Source of the DNA: Bacillota bacterium
Lineage (GTDB): Bacteria > Bacillota > Sulfobacillia > DUMF01
Reading direction: 5' to 3'
Assembly (NCBI GenBank): GCA_012840015.1
Contig: DUMF01000026.1
Span: 21,176 to 85,175, forward strand
DNA length: 64,000 nucleotides
Both the position numbers and the translations under genes were made by a program. A model generated the notes under the pieces. It saw only the letters and a list, made by a program, of their open reading frames with translations. It was not told the origin of the DNA and ran no database searches. This document shows, piece after piece, positions 19,613-29,280 of the stretch; within the stretch, counting starts at the first letter, position 1; every line of letters begins with the position of its first letter.

Positions 19613-19801
19613 CTTCCGCTTGTCCTCCTGCGAAGCTGAACCAACGTGGGAAAGTAAGAAGCTGCAGCCTACAACTGCATACGGGTGTATACAGGTCTCA
19701 CGCCGCTAGAGAAAAATGCCGCTCTTGCGCTTATTTTCAGTCAGTTCTGGCTGTTTACTTTGGAACACATGGTGTATGCCAGAGGAAACAATAGGGAGGG
19801 C

Positions 19802-21544
19802 TTAGTTGGCTATCAGTCCGTGACGGCGCAGTTTTTTATAAAAGGTGCGTCTGCTTATGCCCAGAAGCTGCATCGCCCTGGTCTTATTGCCGCCCGCCTG
19901 CGCCAGGGCCGTCAGGATTACTTCTCGCTCGGTGCTATCCAGGACTCGCCTCAGGTTCCGCTCCTTTTGTTCCGGCACCCGGATTGCAGCAGTGTGAAGC
20001 CTAGTTTTTAGGTAGGCAGGTAGATGAGAGGGGCTTAGGACCCCACCGTCGGTCGCCACTACTGCACAGTGTTCTATTACGTTGCGAAGTTCCCGGACGT
20101 TACCCGGCCAATCATAGTCCATCAACGCCCGAAGTAGATCGTCGCTAAGGCGCAGGCTTTTCCCGTTGGCGGCCGTGAATTCGTCCAGGAAACGCTGGCA
20201 CAAGGCCGGTATATCCAGTTTCCGCGCTCTAAGGGGAGGGATGACAATGGATACGACGTTCAACCTGTAATAGAGGTCCTCCCTGAACTTCCCTTCTCTT
20301 ACCATATGCCAAAGGTCTCTGTTGGTGGCAGCTATTACCCTGATGTCTACTTTCGTAGTCTTTGTGCTCCCTATTCGTTCGAACTCCCGTTCCTGCAGCA
20401 GTCGCAGGACCTTCGCCTGCATTATCGGGCCCATATCCCCGACCTCATCGAAGAAAAGCGTACCGCCTTGAGCCAGTTCGGCCTTACCTGGCTTCCCGCC
20501 CTTACGCGCGCCTGTGAAAGCCCCTTCTTCGTATCCAAACAGTTCACTTTCCACCAAGGTTTCCGGTATCGAGGCGCAGTCCACGCAGATAAGCGGCATG
20601 TGAGCCCGCGGGCTGGAGAAATGAATTGCTCTGGCTACTAGTTCTTTGCCCACGCCGCTCTCGCCGGTTATCAGGACCGTCGCGTTGGTGGGAGCAACTC
20701 TCGCAGCCAGCGACAGAGCTGCCTTCATTACCTCGCTCTCTCCAACAATTGTTTTAAACGCTTCCGGCAATGGCATCTCAGTTTGCAGTTCCGCCTGCAG
20801 ATATCTAGCGATCATTTCTGCATTTTGAAGCCTAGCGATGAGACGCTTCGTCTCAGTCATGTCCCTGAAGACGGAAACGGCTCCTGTAATCTCATCGCCT
20901 GCCATTATGGGGGAGATGTTTACTACCACGTGTCTATCGACGCTCTTGATATGCACTTTCTCCTCCATCACCTCTTGACCGGTCTCCAAAACGCGGAGGA
21001 TTCTGGCATTGGGTTCCACATCTCTCAGTCTCTTGTGCAAGATCGAATGGATGGGTACCCCGAGAATCCTGGTGTAAGCAGGGTTTACGAAAATCACAGT
21101 AGACTCCTTGTCTACTACGATGACTCCTTCGCTCATGGAGTTGAGCACTGCGGCCAGTGCAAGATGACTCCTCTCATATTCCTGTGAGAGGGCCCTGATT
21201 AGAGTCCTCTCAGTGACGAGGCCCAACAGTCTCCCTTCAGAATCGCAGACGTATAGTCTGGGTTTCCCTTCCTTGAGAATCAACCTCTGGATTCTGCTTA
21301 TCGGGGTGTCAGTGCTGATCCTTACTGCATCACTTATCAGGTCGTCGACGCGCCTTGTCGCGCTGGGCCTGTCCCCGAGTCGGCGGCGAAAAAGCTCGCC
21401 CAGAAGACGGCCGGCCGAATCTACGACAGGTAGCTGTTTGAGGTCCGTTTGAAGAAACAGATCCATAGCTTCCTTTGCGGTGCTGCCAGAAGGAATCGAG
21501 GTTACGGGGGAAACCATGATGTCCTCAAGCTTCACAGGCGTCAC
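19802..21544 (-). CDS. Sigma54-dependent transcriptional activator with CBS and PAS sensor domains
   Basis: N-terminal CBS pair, PAS (SEGVIVVD), AAA+ sigma54 interaction domain ([22 protein letters not shown]), and C-terminal Fis-type HTH. Confidence 0.9.
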   Translation of the reverse strand: MTPVKLEDIMVSPVTSIPSGSTAKEAMDLFLQTDLKQLPVVDSAGRLLGELFRRRLGDRPSATRRVDDLISDAVRISTDTPISRIQRLILKEGKPRLYVCDSEGRLLGLVTERTLIRALSQEYERSHLALAAVLNSMSEGVIVVDKESTVIFVNPAYTRILGVPIHSILHKRLRDVEPNARILRVLETGQEVMEEKVHIKSVDRHVVVNISPIMAGDEITGAVSVFRDMTETKRLIARLQNAEMIARYLQAELQTEMPLPEAFKTIVGESEVMKAALSLAARVAPTNATVLITGESGVGKELVARAIHFSSPRAHMPLICVDCASIPETLVESELFGYEEGAFTGARKGGKPGKAELAQGGTLFFDEVGDMGPIMQAKVLRLLQEREFERIGSTKTTKVDIRVIAATNRDLWHMVREGKFREDLYYRLNVVSIVIPPLRARKLDIPALCQRFLDEFTAANGKSLRLSDDLLRALMDYDWPGNVRELRNVIEHCAVVATDGGVLSPSHLPAYLKTRLHTAAIRVPEQKERNLRRVLDSTEREVILTALAQAGGNKTRAMQLLGISRRTFYKKLRRHGLIAN

Positions 21545-21608
21545 CCACCGCTAATCACTTACATTATACCGGTCGGAAGCAGAGAGTTCACTACGTCCCT
21601 GGTGGGTG

Positions 21609-21974
21609 TTATTGATTGCCAGACCGTTCTTCAGAACCAATAGCCACGCCGCAATTCTGCACGATATACATCAGTACTTCTATTCCGCCAGTCTCAGTGT
21701 ATTCGCTTCCGCACGCCCCCTTAGCCCACATACGCGCGCCTCGTAAGGTTACCGTGCCAACTCTTATCCAACAGAGTGGTGGATAGATTGTAAGTACTGT
21801 GGTCCTGCGTCGATCTGCCTCGGTGACTTCAATTGTCTTGGTCACGCTGGCTATGGGAAGGCGCCTTTCGAGGAAATTCTTCGGATGTGGCCAACCATCC
21901 GCCACGTCCTGGCCGTGAGGTGACACGCTCATCATGTCCGCGGCAATCTGTTGCAATCTCGTGTTTATGCCCAA
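21609..21974 (-). CDS. Hypothetical ORF in intergenic region (doubtful)
   Basis: 121-aa ORF with no recognisable family. It overlaps the promoter region of the plus-strand operon. Confidence 0.15.
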   Translation of the reverse strand: MGINTRLQQIAADMMSVSPHGQDVADGWPHPKNFLERRLPIASVTKTIEVTEADRRRTTVLTIYPPLCWIRVGTVTLRGARMWAKGACGSEYTETGGIEVLMYIVQNCGVAIGSEERSGNQ

Positions 21975-22197
21975 GCTCCATCCGCTCAGAAAATTTTCTA
22001 TTTATCAAGAAGGAGTTGGCTAACAAACGAAGAATATACTATCCGCGGTGAAATAGTATGCGATTTGCTTAAGATCGGTATTCTAGATGGGGGTGAATAT
22101 TATTCTGAATGCCGGTCTATCGCATACCATGGTGTACACAATAAGATACCGGCTTCACGTTGGTTAGTCTCACCTTGTACGGAAAGGAAGGGTGTAT

Positions 22198-23097
22198 ATG
22201 GACCTAGTCGACAGCGTTGTGGACGGAGCTCTTGACCTCCATCAACATCTGGGGCCGTCTGTTCTGCCGCGAGACCTCGACGTAGCGGAGGCAACGATCG
22301 AGGCGCAAGAGGCGGGCCTGAAGGCGATTACCGCTAAGGACCACCATGTCCCCACTATGGCTCTCGCCGACTTAGTACAGAAGCATTTCGTTAAAAAACC
22401 AGGTTTCAAGGTATTCTCTGGCATAGCTCTAAACAACCACATCGGAGGTCTAAACCTTGAAGCCCTGGAGACTGCCATAAACATGGGTGCCAGGTTCGTG
22501 TGGATGCCTACTGTCTCAACCGAGAATCACCATATCAAGCACACGAAGGGCGGGCTCAAATTCCCCACTGCTAAGAAGGTGTCCGCGGTACAGCACGAGT
22601 ACATTCCGTTAGTAAAAGAAGATGGGTCTCCGACAGACGACGTCCTACGAGTACTTGAATTTGTGGCTCAATATCAACAAGTCGTACTGAGCACAGGTCA
22701 TGGGAACGCGCAGGAAGTCGATGCCATCGTAAAGGCAGCTGCTGGCCTGGGAGTTAAACACATCATAGTGAACCACCCCGCATACATGATCGGCGCTACC
22801 ATTGAACAAATGAAAGCCTGGGCTAAGCTCGGTGCCTACCTCGAGATTGGTGCTGCAACATCCGACCCGGCATCGAAGTTTTGTGCTGTGGACATGAGCA
22901 CCACACTGAGAATCATTCGAGAGGTCGGGGTGGACCACATCATCATGAATTCGGACTGTGGGCAGCTCGGCAATATACGACCTGTAGCCGCAATCAAGCA
23001 CTTCAGTCGCCTATTGCTCGACAACGGAGTTACGGTACGTGAGCTGGAGACTATGCTTAAGACTAACCCGCGAACAGTTATGGAGATGGAGGACTGA
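22198..23097 (+). CDS. TIM-barrel metal-dependent hydrolase-like protein (amidohydrolase superfamily-like)
   Basis: N-terminal DLHQH motif (HxH metal ligands). About 300 aa. GGAAGGG RBS lies before ATG 22198. Confidence 0.45.
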   Translation: MDLVDSVVDGALDLHQHLGPSVLPRDLDVAEATIEAQEAGLKAITAKDHHVPTMALADLVQKHFVKKPGFKVFSGIALNNHIGGLNLEALETAINMGARFVWMPTVSTENHHIKHTKGGLKFPTAKKVSAVQHEYIPLVKEDGSPTDDVLRVLEFVAQYQQVVLSTGHGNAQEVDAIVKAAAGLGVKHIIVNHPAYMIGATIEQMKAWAKLGAYLEIGAATSDPASKFCAVDMSTTLRIIREVGVDHIIMNSDCGQLGNIRPVAAIKHFSRLLLDNGVTVRELETMLKTNPRTVMEMED

Positions 23098-23124
23098 GAA
23101 AAAGATACACTGGAGGTTACAGGA

Positions 23125-23826
23125 GTGCAGCACAACACCACGACAACTGAAACGAAACTTAAGGCGGACTTAGTGTACGACCACCTAAAGGAGAAGATCA
23201 TCTCCAGGGAACTCAAACCAGGCGAGCTCATACGTATCGATGCAGTAGCTAAAGAGCTCAATGTCAGTAAGACCCCCGTGCGTGAGGCATTGAAGCAGCT
23301 AGCTGCTAAGGGATTCGTAGAGATGAGGCCGAACTCAGGCGCCCGTGTGGCACGTCTCGATCTTGACGAGCTCGAGCAAATCTTCCTTGTTCGAAGGGAG
23401 CTTGAGGCTCTTGCTACGCGTCTCGCAGCTGAGAAGATAGACAGTTCGACCATAGCCAGGCTCCGGCAACTGGCGGACGAGATGGAAAAAGCTTGCAAGA
23501 CTGGAGACGCGAAGCTCTACGGACGGCTTAACAAGGAGTTCCACCTGACCGTCTACCGGAGCAGTAAGGCAGACGTAGTGATTCGCCTGATCGAAGATCT
23601 CTTCGACAGGAGTGAGTATTCGCGCTTGGTATTCTCAATGCTGCCTGACAGGTTTGAGCTTTCAAACAAAGAGCATTATGAATTGATCGAGTGTCTAGAA
23701 CGGGGCGACAGTGACCGTGCTTGCCAGATAATTGACAAGCAGAAGTCTGAAGGATTCTTCCGTCTTATCCGACTGCTCAAGGAGTACGAGAAACTGCAGA
23801 GCGGCACCGCCGCAGAGAAGCGATAA
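23125..23826 (+). CDS. GntR-family (FadR/FCD subfamily) transcriptional regulator
   Basis: N-terminal winged HTH (ELNVSKTPVREALKQL) and C-terminal FCD-like helical domain. Confidence 0.8.
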   Translation: MQHNTTTTETKLKADLVYDHLKEKIISRELKPGELIRIDAVAKELNVSKTPVREALKQLAAKGFVEMRPNSGARVARLDLDELEQIFLVRRELEALATRLAAEKIDSSTIARLRQLADEMEKACKTGDAKLYGRLNKEFHLTVYRSSKADVVIRLIEDLFDRSEYSRLVFSMLPDRFELSNKEHYELIECLERGDSDRACQIIDKQKSEGFFRLIRLLKEYEKLQSGTAAEKR

Positions 23827-23873
23827 ATCTGAGAACCTAAGTAAAAATCCAAGCAGAGAAAGGAGCAATCACA

Positions 23874-24206
23874 ATGTTACATGCAGCCAACTGGAAAGAG
23901 ATTAAAGAAGTGGTGGTGAGGCCAGGAGTTATGCGAAAGGCTTTCACCGGCGAGGGGGCTACTCTTGCGCTTAACAGGCTACAGCCTGGACACGAACCCA
24001 GGCCCCATGCCCATCCACACGAGCAGATCGTTTATATCATAAAGGGCAAGACCAAGTTCCACGTGGGTGATGAGATGGTGGTACTGGAGGAGGGAGGACT
24101 GCTCGTAGTACCACCCAACGTCGTCCATTATGCCGAAGTGCTCGGCGATGAAGAGGTTATTAACCTCGACGTGTTTACGCCCAAGAGGGAGGAGTACGTT
24201 AAGTGA
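23874..24206 (+). CDS. Cupin-2 domain protein
   Basis: 110 aa with PHAHPHEQIVYIIKG and a second conserved cupin motif. Confidence 0.7.
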   Translation: MLHAANWKEIKEVVVRPGVMRKAFTGEGATLALNRLQPGHEPRPHAHPHEQIVYIIKGKTKFHVGDEMVVLEEGGLLVVPPNVVHYAEVLGDEEVINLDVFTPKREEYVK

Positions 24207-24964
24207 GTGACTTTAAGAAGCAGCTGGCCCAAAAGCCAATGCTCGGTATATTTGTCAAAATCCCCAGTACTGAGATAATCGAGATGATTGCCTGGGCTGG
24301 GTTCGATTTCATCATTATCGATATGGAACACTCCCCCTTATCATACGGCGATGTGAAACTACTCACCTCGGTTGCTCAGCCGCAGGGCCTTAAGGTAGTC
24401 GTCCGGCCGTGGAACTTCGCGGATGATACATTGCTCCACGTGCTGGATACGGGCGTCGACGGAATCCAGGTCCCCCAGATTACTGGGCCCGCCGACGCAC
24501 AAAGGATCGTACGCGCCAGCAGATACCCGCCGCTCGGAACAAGGGGCGTGGCGTTCTCACATCGCGCTGGCAGGTACGGTTTTTCCGACACGAAGTCGTA
24601 CCTGACGGAGGCCAACGAAGAGACCCTGGTCGCGGTCCACATTGAAACTCGTGATGCGTTTGACTCAGTACGAGAGATAGCCAACACGCCCGGAGTCGAC
24701 CTGCTATTCCTCGGCCCTGTTGATCTGTCGTTTTCGCTCGGGGTCGACAGCGATTTTGTAAATGGTGGACTCAGGGACGCCTTCCTGAAGATCAACCGGG
24801 AAGTGAAAGAGGCCGGCAAACAGATGGGGATCGTTGTTGGCGATGAAAGAAAACTGGAATTTTGCTTAAACCATGGGATTCACTACGTTGTCTGGGATAC
24901 AGACGTCGGTCTGTTCAAAAAACAGCTGACAGCGGTCAGACAGACCGTAAAGAGATATTTCTGA
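24203..24964 (+). CDS. HpcH/HpaI-family 2-keto-3-deoxy-acid aldolase
   Basis: Contains FDFIIIDMEHSP and VRPW motifs of HpcH/HpaI aldolase/citrate-lyase family. Confidence 0.8.
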   Translation: MSDFKKQLAQKPMLGIFVKIPSTEIIEMIAWAGFDFIIIDMEHSPLSYGDVKLLTSVAQPQGLKVVVRPWNFADDTLLHVLDTGVDGIQVPQITGPADAQRIVRASRYPPLGTRGVAFSHRAGRYGFSDTKSYLTEANEETLVAVHIETRDAFDSVREIANTPGVDLLFLGPVDLSFSLGVDSDFVNGGLRDAFLKINREVKEAGKQMGIVVGDERKLEFCLNHGIHYVVWDTDVGLFKKQLTAVRQTVKRYF

Positions 24965-24965
24965 A

Positions 24966-26036
24966 TTGGGGGAGAGAAAGGTGAAAAGACTCGTAGCCAT
25001 TGTTGTCGTGATGGTGTTGGCAGTTTCCTTTATCAGTGGCTGCGGAGCAGGTTCGGGAACCAAGCCCGCTCAACCGGCGCAACCCGCGCAGTCCGCTCAG
25101 CCATCTACGTCCCAGCAGCCCGGGCAGATCACGCTCCGCCTGGGCCACGCGGCGCAGACCTCACACCCCTTCCACATCGCAACTCAGAAATTCGTTGAAC
25201 TCGTGGCACAAAAGAGCAACGGAAAGATCAAGATAGAGGTTTTTCCGGCCCGGCAGCTTGGAGACGACGGTGAGCTCCTGGAACAGGTAATGAAAGGCAC
25301 GCTGGACATGGGTGTAATTTCGTCCTCCACGTTCAGTAAGTATACTCCTTTGCTAGATACCTTGCAGCTCCCGTTCCTACTCAGTACGTACGACAAAGAG
25401 TACAAGGCGATCACCAGCAACGAAGCAAAAGAGCTGCTTAAGGGTCTCGAGTCACTAAAGATCAAGGGCCTCGCTATTTACGAAGGCGGTATTCGCCACT
25501 TCGCCAACAACGTCCGCCCCATTACAAAGCCAGAAGACCTAAAGGGACTGAAACTAAGGGTCGTGCCGAGCAATCTGATCCGTAATAGTGTTCAGGCTCT
25601 GGGCGCGAATCCTAATCCTATGGCTTATGGCGAAGTTTACAGCGCACTTCAAACCAAGGTCATTGACGGAGAAGAAATCAACCTGACCAGCATCTACTCT
25701 GAGAAACACTATGAAGTTCTAAAGTACGTCACGCTGATAGGGTTGTGGCCGTTCCCTGCTGCTAATGTAATGAACCTGGACAAGTTCAACTCTCTTTCGA
25801 AGGAAGACCAGAAGATTCTCGAGGATTCGGCCTGGGAATCCATAGAGTACGCTATCAAAGAGCTGACCAACCTCGAGAAGACTGCGACAAAGGCCATCCA
25901 GGACAACAAAGTCCAAGTGAACGAGGTCAAGGATCTAGCCCCGTTCCAGGCAAAAGTCACAAGCATCTGGGACGAGTATGCCGCTAAAGACCCGGCAATC
26001 AAGAAGTTCGTAGATATGGCCAAGACCCTTAAGTAA
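24966..26036 (+). CDS. dctP: TRAP transporter substrate-binding protein DctP (lipoprotein)
   Basis: Lipobox ISGCGAG, then DctP-family fold. Followed by dctQ and dctM. Confidence 0.8.
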   Translation: MGERKVKRLVAIVVVMVLAVSFISGCGAGSGTKPAQPAQPAQSAQPSTSQQPGQITLRLGHAAQTSHPFHIATQKFVELVAQKSNGKIKIEVFPARQLGDDGELLEQVMKGTLDMGVISSSTFSKYTPLLDTLQLPFLLSTYDKEYKAITSNEAKELLKGLESLKIKGLAIYEGGIRHFANNVRPITKPEDLKGLKLRVVPSNLIRNSVQALGANPNPMAYGEVYSALQTKVIDGEEINLTSIYSEKHYEVLKYVTLIGLWPFPAANVMNLDKFNSLSKEDQKILEDSAWESIEYAIKELTNLEKTATKAIQDNKVQVNEVKDLAPFQAKVTSIWDEYAAKDPAIKKFVDMAKTLK

Positions 26037-26047
26037 GGGGCTACTCC

Positions 26048-26081
26048 GTGCTGGTACCGTCGTCCAGGGCGGTACCAGCAC
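26048..26081 (+). promoter_or_regulatory. Perfect 12-bp stem hairpin between dctP and dctQ
   Basis: gtgctggtaccg-(10 nt)-cggtaccagcac. No T-tract follows. Likely mRNA stability or attenuation element. Confidence 0.4.
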
Positions 26082-26121
26082 CTCCCACCTAACTTGTCAT
26101 CGTAGACAGCCATCGAGCAGT

Positions 26122-26634
26122 TTGGGGGTGAATGGAATGAACAACACGGGTCTTTTGTCTAAGGTTACCGATTTCATGGAGTCCGCGGCTAAGTCTTTCC
26201 TTACGGTTGCGTTTGGTATCATGACCCTGGTTACGTCTGTCGAAGTAATCAGGCGTTATATATTCGGGCTGTCTTTTCCTTGGGCGGAGGAACTCGTTCG
26301 ATTCCTCCTGGTATGGGTGACGTTCATTGGTGGGAGCGTCGCCTTCAAACGGGGGGAACTCGTGTACCTAGACCTTTTCGTAGACAAACTCTCACCCACG
26401 TTTAAGAAAGTGGCGAAGGGGATCGTTACTGCCGTCACACTTGTATTTCTGCTCATCACGCTGTGGCTTAGTATTGACTATGTACGATCCCCGTCAATAA
26501 CAATGCAAATCAGCCCTGGCATGAACGTCCCGATGGCCTATCCGTACGCGGCCATCCCGGTGGGTCTCTCACTCATGATAGTTTTTTGCATAAGCAACCT
26601 GCTAAGTGCCAGCAAACCCGGAAAGGAGGGATGA
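26122..26634 (+). CDS. dctQ: TRAP transporter small permease DctQ
   Basis: 170-aa four-helix membrane protein between dctP and dctM. Confidence 0.75.
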   Translation: MGVNGMNNTGLLSKVTDFMESAAKSFLTVAFGIMTLVTSVEVIRRYIFGLSFPWAEELVRFLLVWVTFIGGSVAFKRGELVYLDLFVDKLSPTFKKVAKGIVTAVTLVFLLITLWLSIDYVRSPSITMQISPGMNVPMAYPYAAIPVGLSLMIVFCISNLLSASKPGKEG

Positions 26635-26637
26635 CGG

Positions 26638-27918
26638 TTGCTGTTGGCGGCCATAGGATTTGTCTTTCTCCTTATTATTGGGACACCCATTGCCTTCATG
26701 CTGGGGAGTGTGGGTTATCTTCATCTTCTCGCAATGGGCAATCCGGCGTTCTTCGACATAGTCACTCAGAGGATGTTTAGCGGGGTTAACCAGTTCAGCC
26801 TGATGGCGATTCCCTTCTTCATTCTGGCGGGTGAGCTCATGAATAAGGGAGGAGTCACTGCCCAGCTGATCGACTTCTCTAGAGAGTGTGTGGGATATCT
26901 CCGTGGGGGACTCGCCTATGTCGCCGTAGTAGTGGCCATGTTCTTAGCTGCCATACTTGGGTCGGCCAACGCGGTGGCGGCCATCCTGGGATCTGTACTC
27001 GCGCCCGAAATGGTCAAAGATGGATTCGACGACGACTTCACGTCGGCGCTCATTGCCGCGTCGTCCATTATAGGACCGATCATCCCGCCGAGCGTTGTTT
27101 TCATTCTCTATGGCGTCTTGAGCGGTACGTCTGTGAGCGCGTTGTTCCTTGCTGGATACGTGCCTGGTATCCTTCTCGGCATAGGATACATGGTAGTCTC
27201 GTATATCCAGGCCAAGAAGCGCAACTATCCCCGGTACAAAGAGAGGTTTGAGCCGATCAAGCTCCTGAAGTCATTTGTCCGCGCCGTACCCGCGTTGATT
27301 GTGCCTGTTATAATCATCGGCGGTATACTTTCAGGCGCTTTTACTCCCACGGAGTCGGGCGCAATTGCTGTAGTAGTTGCAGCGGTGTCCGGGTTATTCA
27401 TCTACCGAAAACTCAGGCCGAGGGACATCCCGGGTATACTCCTAAACACCGGTATGATTACGGCGGGGATAATGCTTATTATCGCTATGGGTAATATTTT
27501 CGGATGGACGCTTGCAATGGACAAGGCACCCCAAAAGTTCGCCGACGCCGTTCTACGCTTTACCAACAACCCGAACGTAGTAATGTTGCTAATCATCGTC
27601 CTGATGCTGTTTGTGGGCACCGTAATGGAGGCATTTGCTTCGATGATAGTTTTTACACCGGTGCTTGCCCCGCTAGCCGCTCAGGTCGGAATCGATCCTG
27701 TGCATTTCGGTCTGGTCTTCAGCGTCCTCTCATGTATAGCGCTTATCACGCCTCCAGTCGGGATGTGTCTGTTTGTGACTTCAGGTATTACAAACGTCCC
27801 CCTAAGCAAAATGAACAAGGCCATCTTGCCTTTCGTATGCGTAAGTATCATAGCCCTTCTGATAATGGCATACGTGCCCAGCGTGGTGTTGTTTTTGCCT
27901 CGAACGTTCCTTAAGTAA
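26638..27918 (+). CDS. dctM: TRAP transporter large permease DctM
   Basis: 426-aa 12-TM protein, DctM family. Confidence 0.85.
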   Translation: MLLAAIGFVFLLIIGTPIAFMLGSVGYLHLLAMGNPAFFDIVTQRMFSGVNQFSLMAIPFFILAGELMNKGGVTAQLIDFSRECVGYLRGGLAYVAVVVAMFLAAILGSANAVAAILGSVLAPEMVKDGFDDDFTSALIAASSIIGPIIPPSVVFILYGVLSGTSVSALFLAGYVPGILLGIGYMVVSYIQAKKRNYPRYKERFEPIKLLKSFVRAVPALIVPVIIIGGILSGAFTPTESGAIAVVVAAVSGLFIYRKLRPRDIPGILLNTGMITAGIMLIIAMGNIFGWTLAMDKAPQKFADAVLRFTNNPNVVMLLIIVLMLFVGTVMEAFASMIVFTPVLAPLAAQVGIDPVHFGLVFSVLSCIALITPPVGMCLFVTSGITNVPLSKMNKAILPFVCVSIIALLIMAYVPSVVLFLPRTFLK

Positions 27919-28128
27919 ACCGAGAAAGAGGGGGCGACCGATCTCGTCCCCTCCCATCGTCTGCAGCCAGCACGAGCGCTGATCATTAAATCACCTCACT
28001 GAAGCTATGTCCAGCGCACTGTTACATGGTTGTGAAAACTCCTCCAGCAGCCCGATGGAGACTTGCCCGAATAGTCAGATATGCGGTATTATGTTAGTGG
28101 ATGTTATGTAAACAAGGGGAGGCTGTAC

Positions 28129-29280
28129 ATGAAGCGGCTGTTACAACCCGTCGCTCTCCTCGCGATCTTACTGGCCACCCTACCTCAAATTGCATGGCGC
28201 CCAAACATGCAGAATCGCCCAAACCTACTACAAAATGTGGATTACCGCCTGGATCCGTTGGCACCCACTATGGTCAACCCTTCTGCAGCTCTGGAAGAGA
28301 AGTGGCTGCTCTCGAGCATCCGGGAAGATGGAGCAATCGCGATGTCCCCTTCCAAGGACAGAGTGGTACCATATTTCTCGAATCTGGCTGCCCTCGCGCT
28401 GTTAAATCGGAATCCCGAAGCAGTAAAGAAGTACATCCAATGGTATGTGGCTCATCTGGGTAAGCACGACCCGTGGGGAATGAAAGGCACCATAACCGAC
28501 TACATTTACAAGGGCGATGAGGAGATCTCCACCCTGGACTACGATTCTGCCGATGCCTATGCTGGCACCTTCTTGACCCTCGTGCTCGAATACCATAACG
28601 CGACCGGAGACTCAACTTTCCTTGAAACGATATTGCCGCAGTTGCATGAGGTAGCAAACACGATTCTAGCGTTGCAAAGTAAAGACGGTCTCGTCAGAGC
28701 CAAGATCTCAGACCCAAGCAAGTATCTCATGGACAATTGCGAAGCCTACCGCGGGCTCTGTGATTTCTCGCACTTGCTGTCCATGTTGGGCGACCAAACT
28801 GATGCCGTAAAGTACTATAGGAAAGCGCAGGCTATACGGCAAGGAATCCAGCAGAGACTTTGGGATCCCAAGACCAACTCGTACTATTGGAGAGTGCACT
28901 GGCTGGGATTCAGGCAGCGGTCGAATCTCGCAAAATGGTATCCCGACGCCATCTCACAGCTTTACCCCATCTTGACTCAGGTAATTGCACCGAACTCAGA
29001 CGAAGCCAAGGCGATCTGGGACAGCTTCAACCGCCACTTCCCAGGTTGGCCAGTTTTGAATCACGGCCAGAAATTCGCGTGGACGCAGGTGGCATACGTA
29101 TCCTTTAAGATGGGAGATATGGAACGCAGCCAGACATTCGTCGAAAGCTTAAAACGGCTCTTTGAGGTCAAAGGAAAGCCTGCCTCCTGGTACGCAACGG
29201 AGTCCTCCATGCTGATTATGGTGAAGGACATCTTGTGGCAGGACTCGAACCGATGGGTAGGTCCTTCACCTCACATCTGA
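28129..29280 (+). CDS. Secreted protein, possible (alpha/alpha)6-barrel glycoside-hydrolase-like fold
   Basis: Signal peptide MKRLLQPVALLAILLA. AAGGGGAGG RBS. No firm family assignment. Confidence 0.45.
   Translation: MKRLLQPVALLAILLATLPQIAWRPNMQNRPNLLQNVDYRLDPLAPTMVNPSAALEEKWLLSSIREDGAIAMSPSKDRVVPYFSNLAALALLNRNPEAVKKYIQWYVAHLGKHDPWGMKGTITDYIYKGDEEISTLDYDSADAYAGTFLTLVLEYHNATGDSTFLETILPQLHEVANTILALQSKDGLVRAKISDPSKYLMDNCEAYRGLCDFSHLLSMLGDQTDAVKYYRKAQAIRQGIQQRLWDPKTNSYYWRVHWLGFRQRSNLAKWYPDAISQLYPILTQVIAPNSDEAKAIWDSFNRHFPGWPVLNHGQKFAWTQVAYVSFKMGDMERSQTFVESLKRLFEVKGKPASWYATESSMLIMVKDILWQDSNRWVGPSPHI

Noticed and set aside
19614-19800. Other sigma54-like matches (TGGCATACACCATGTG, TGGTTCAGCTTCGCA) in the activator-transporter intergenic region
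   Set aside because: Wrong GG-GC spacing or no GC at -12. Only TGGTACGgtttTTGCT fits the consensus.
26050-27950. Hairpins after dctP and dctM as terminators
   Set aside because: Neither is followed by a T-tract. The dctP-dctQ hairpin is kept as a possible intercistronic regulatory stem only. The post-dctM hairpin has a mismatched stem.
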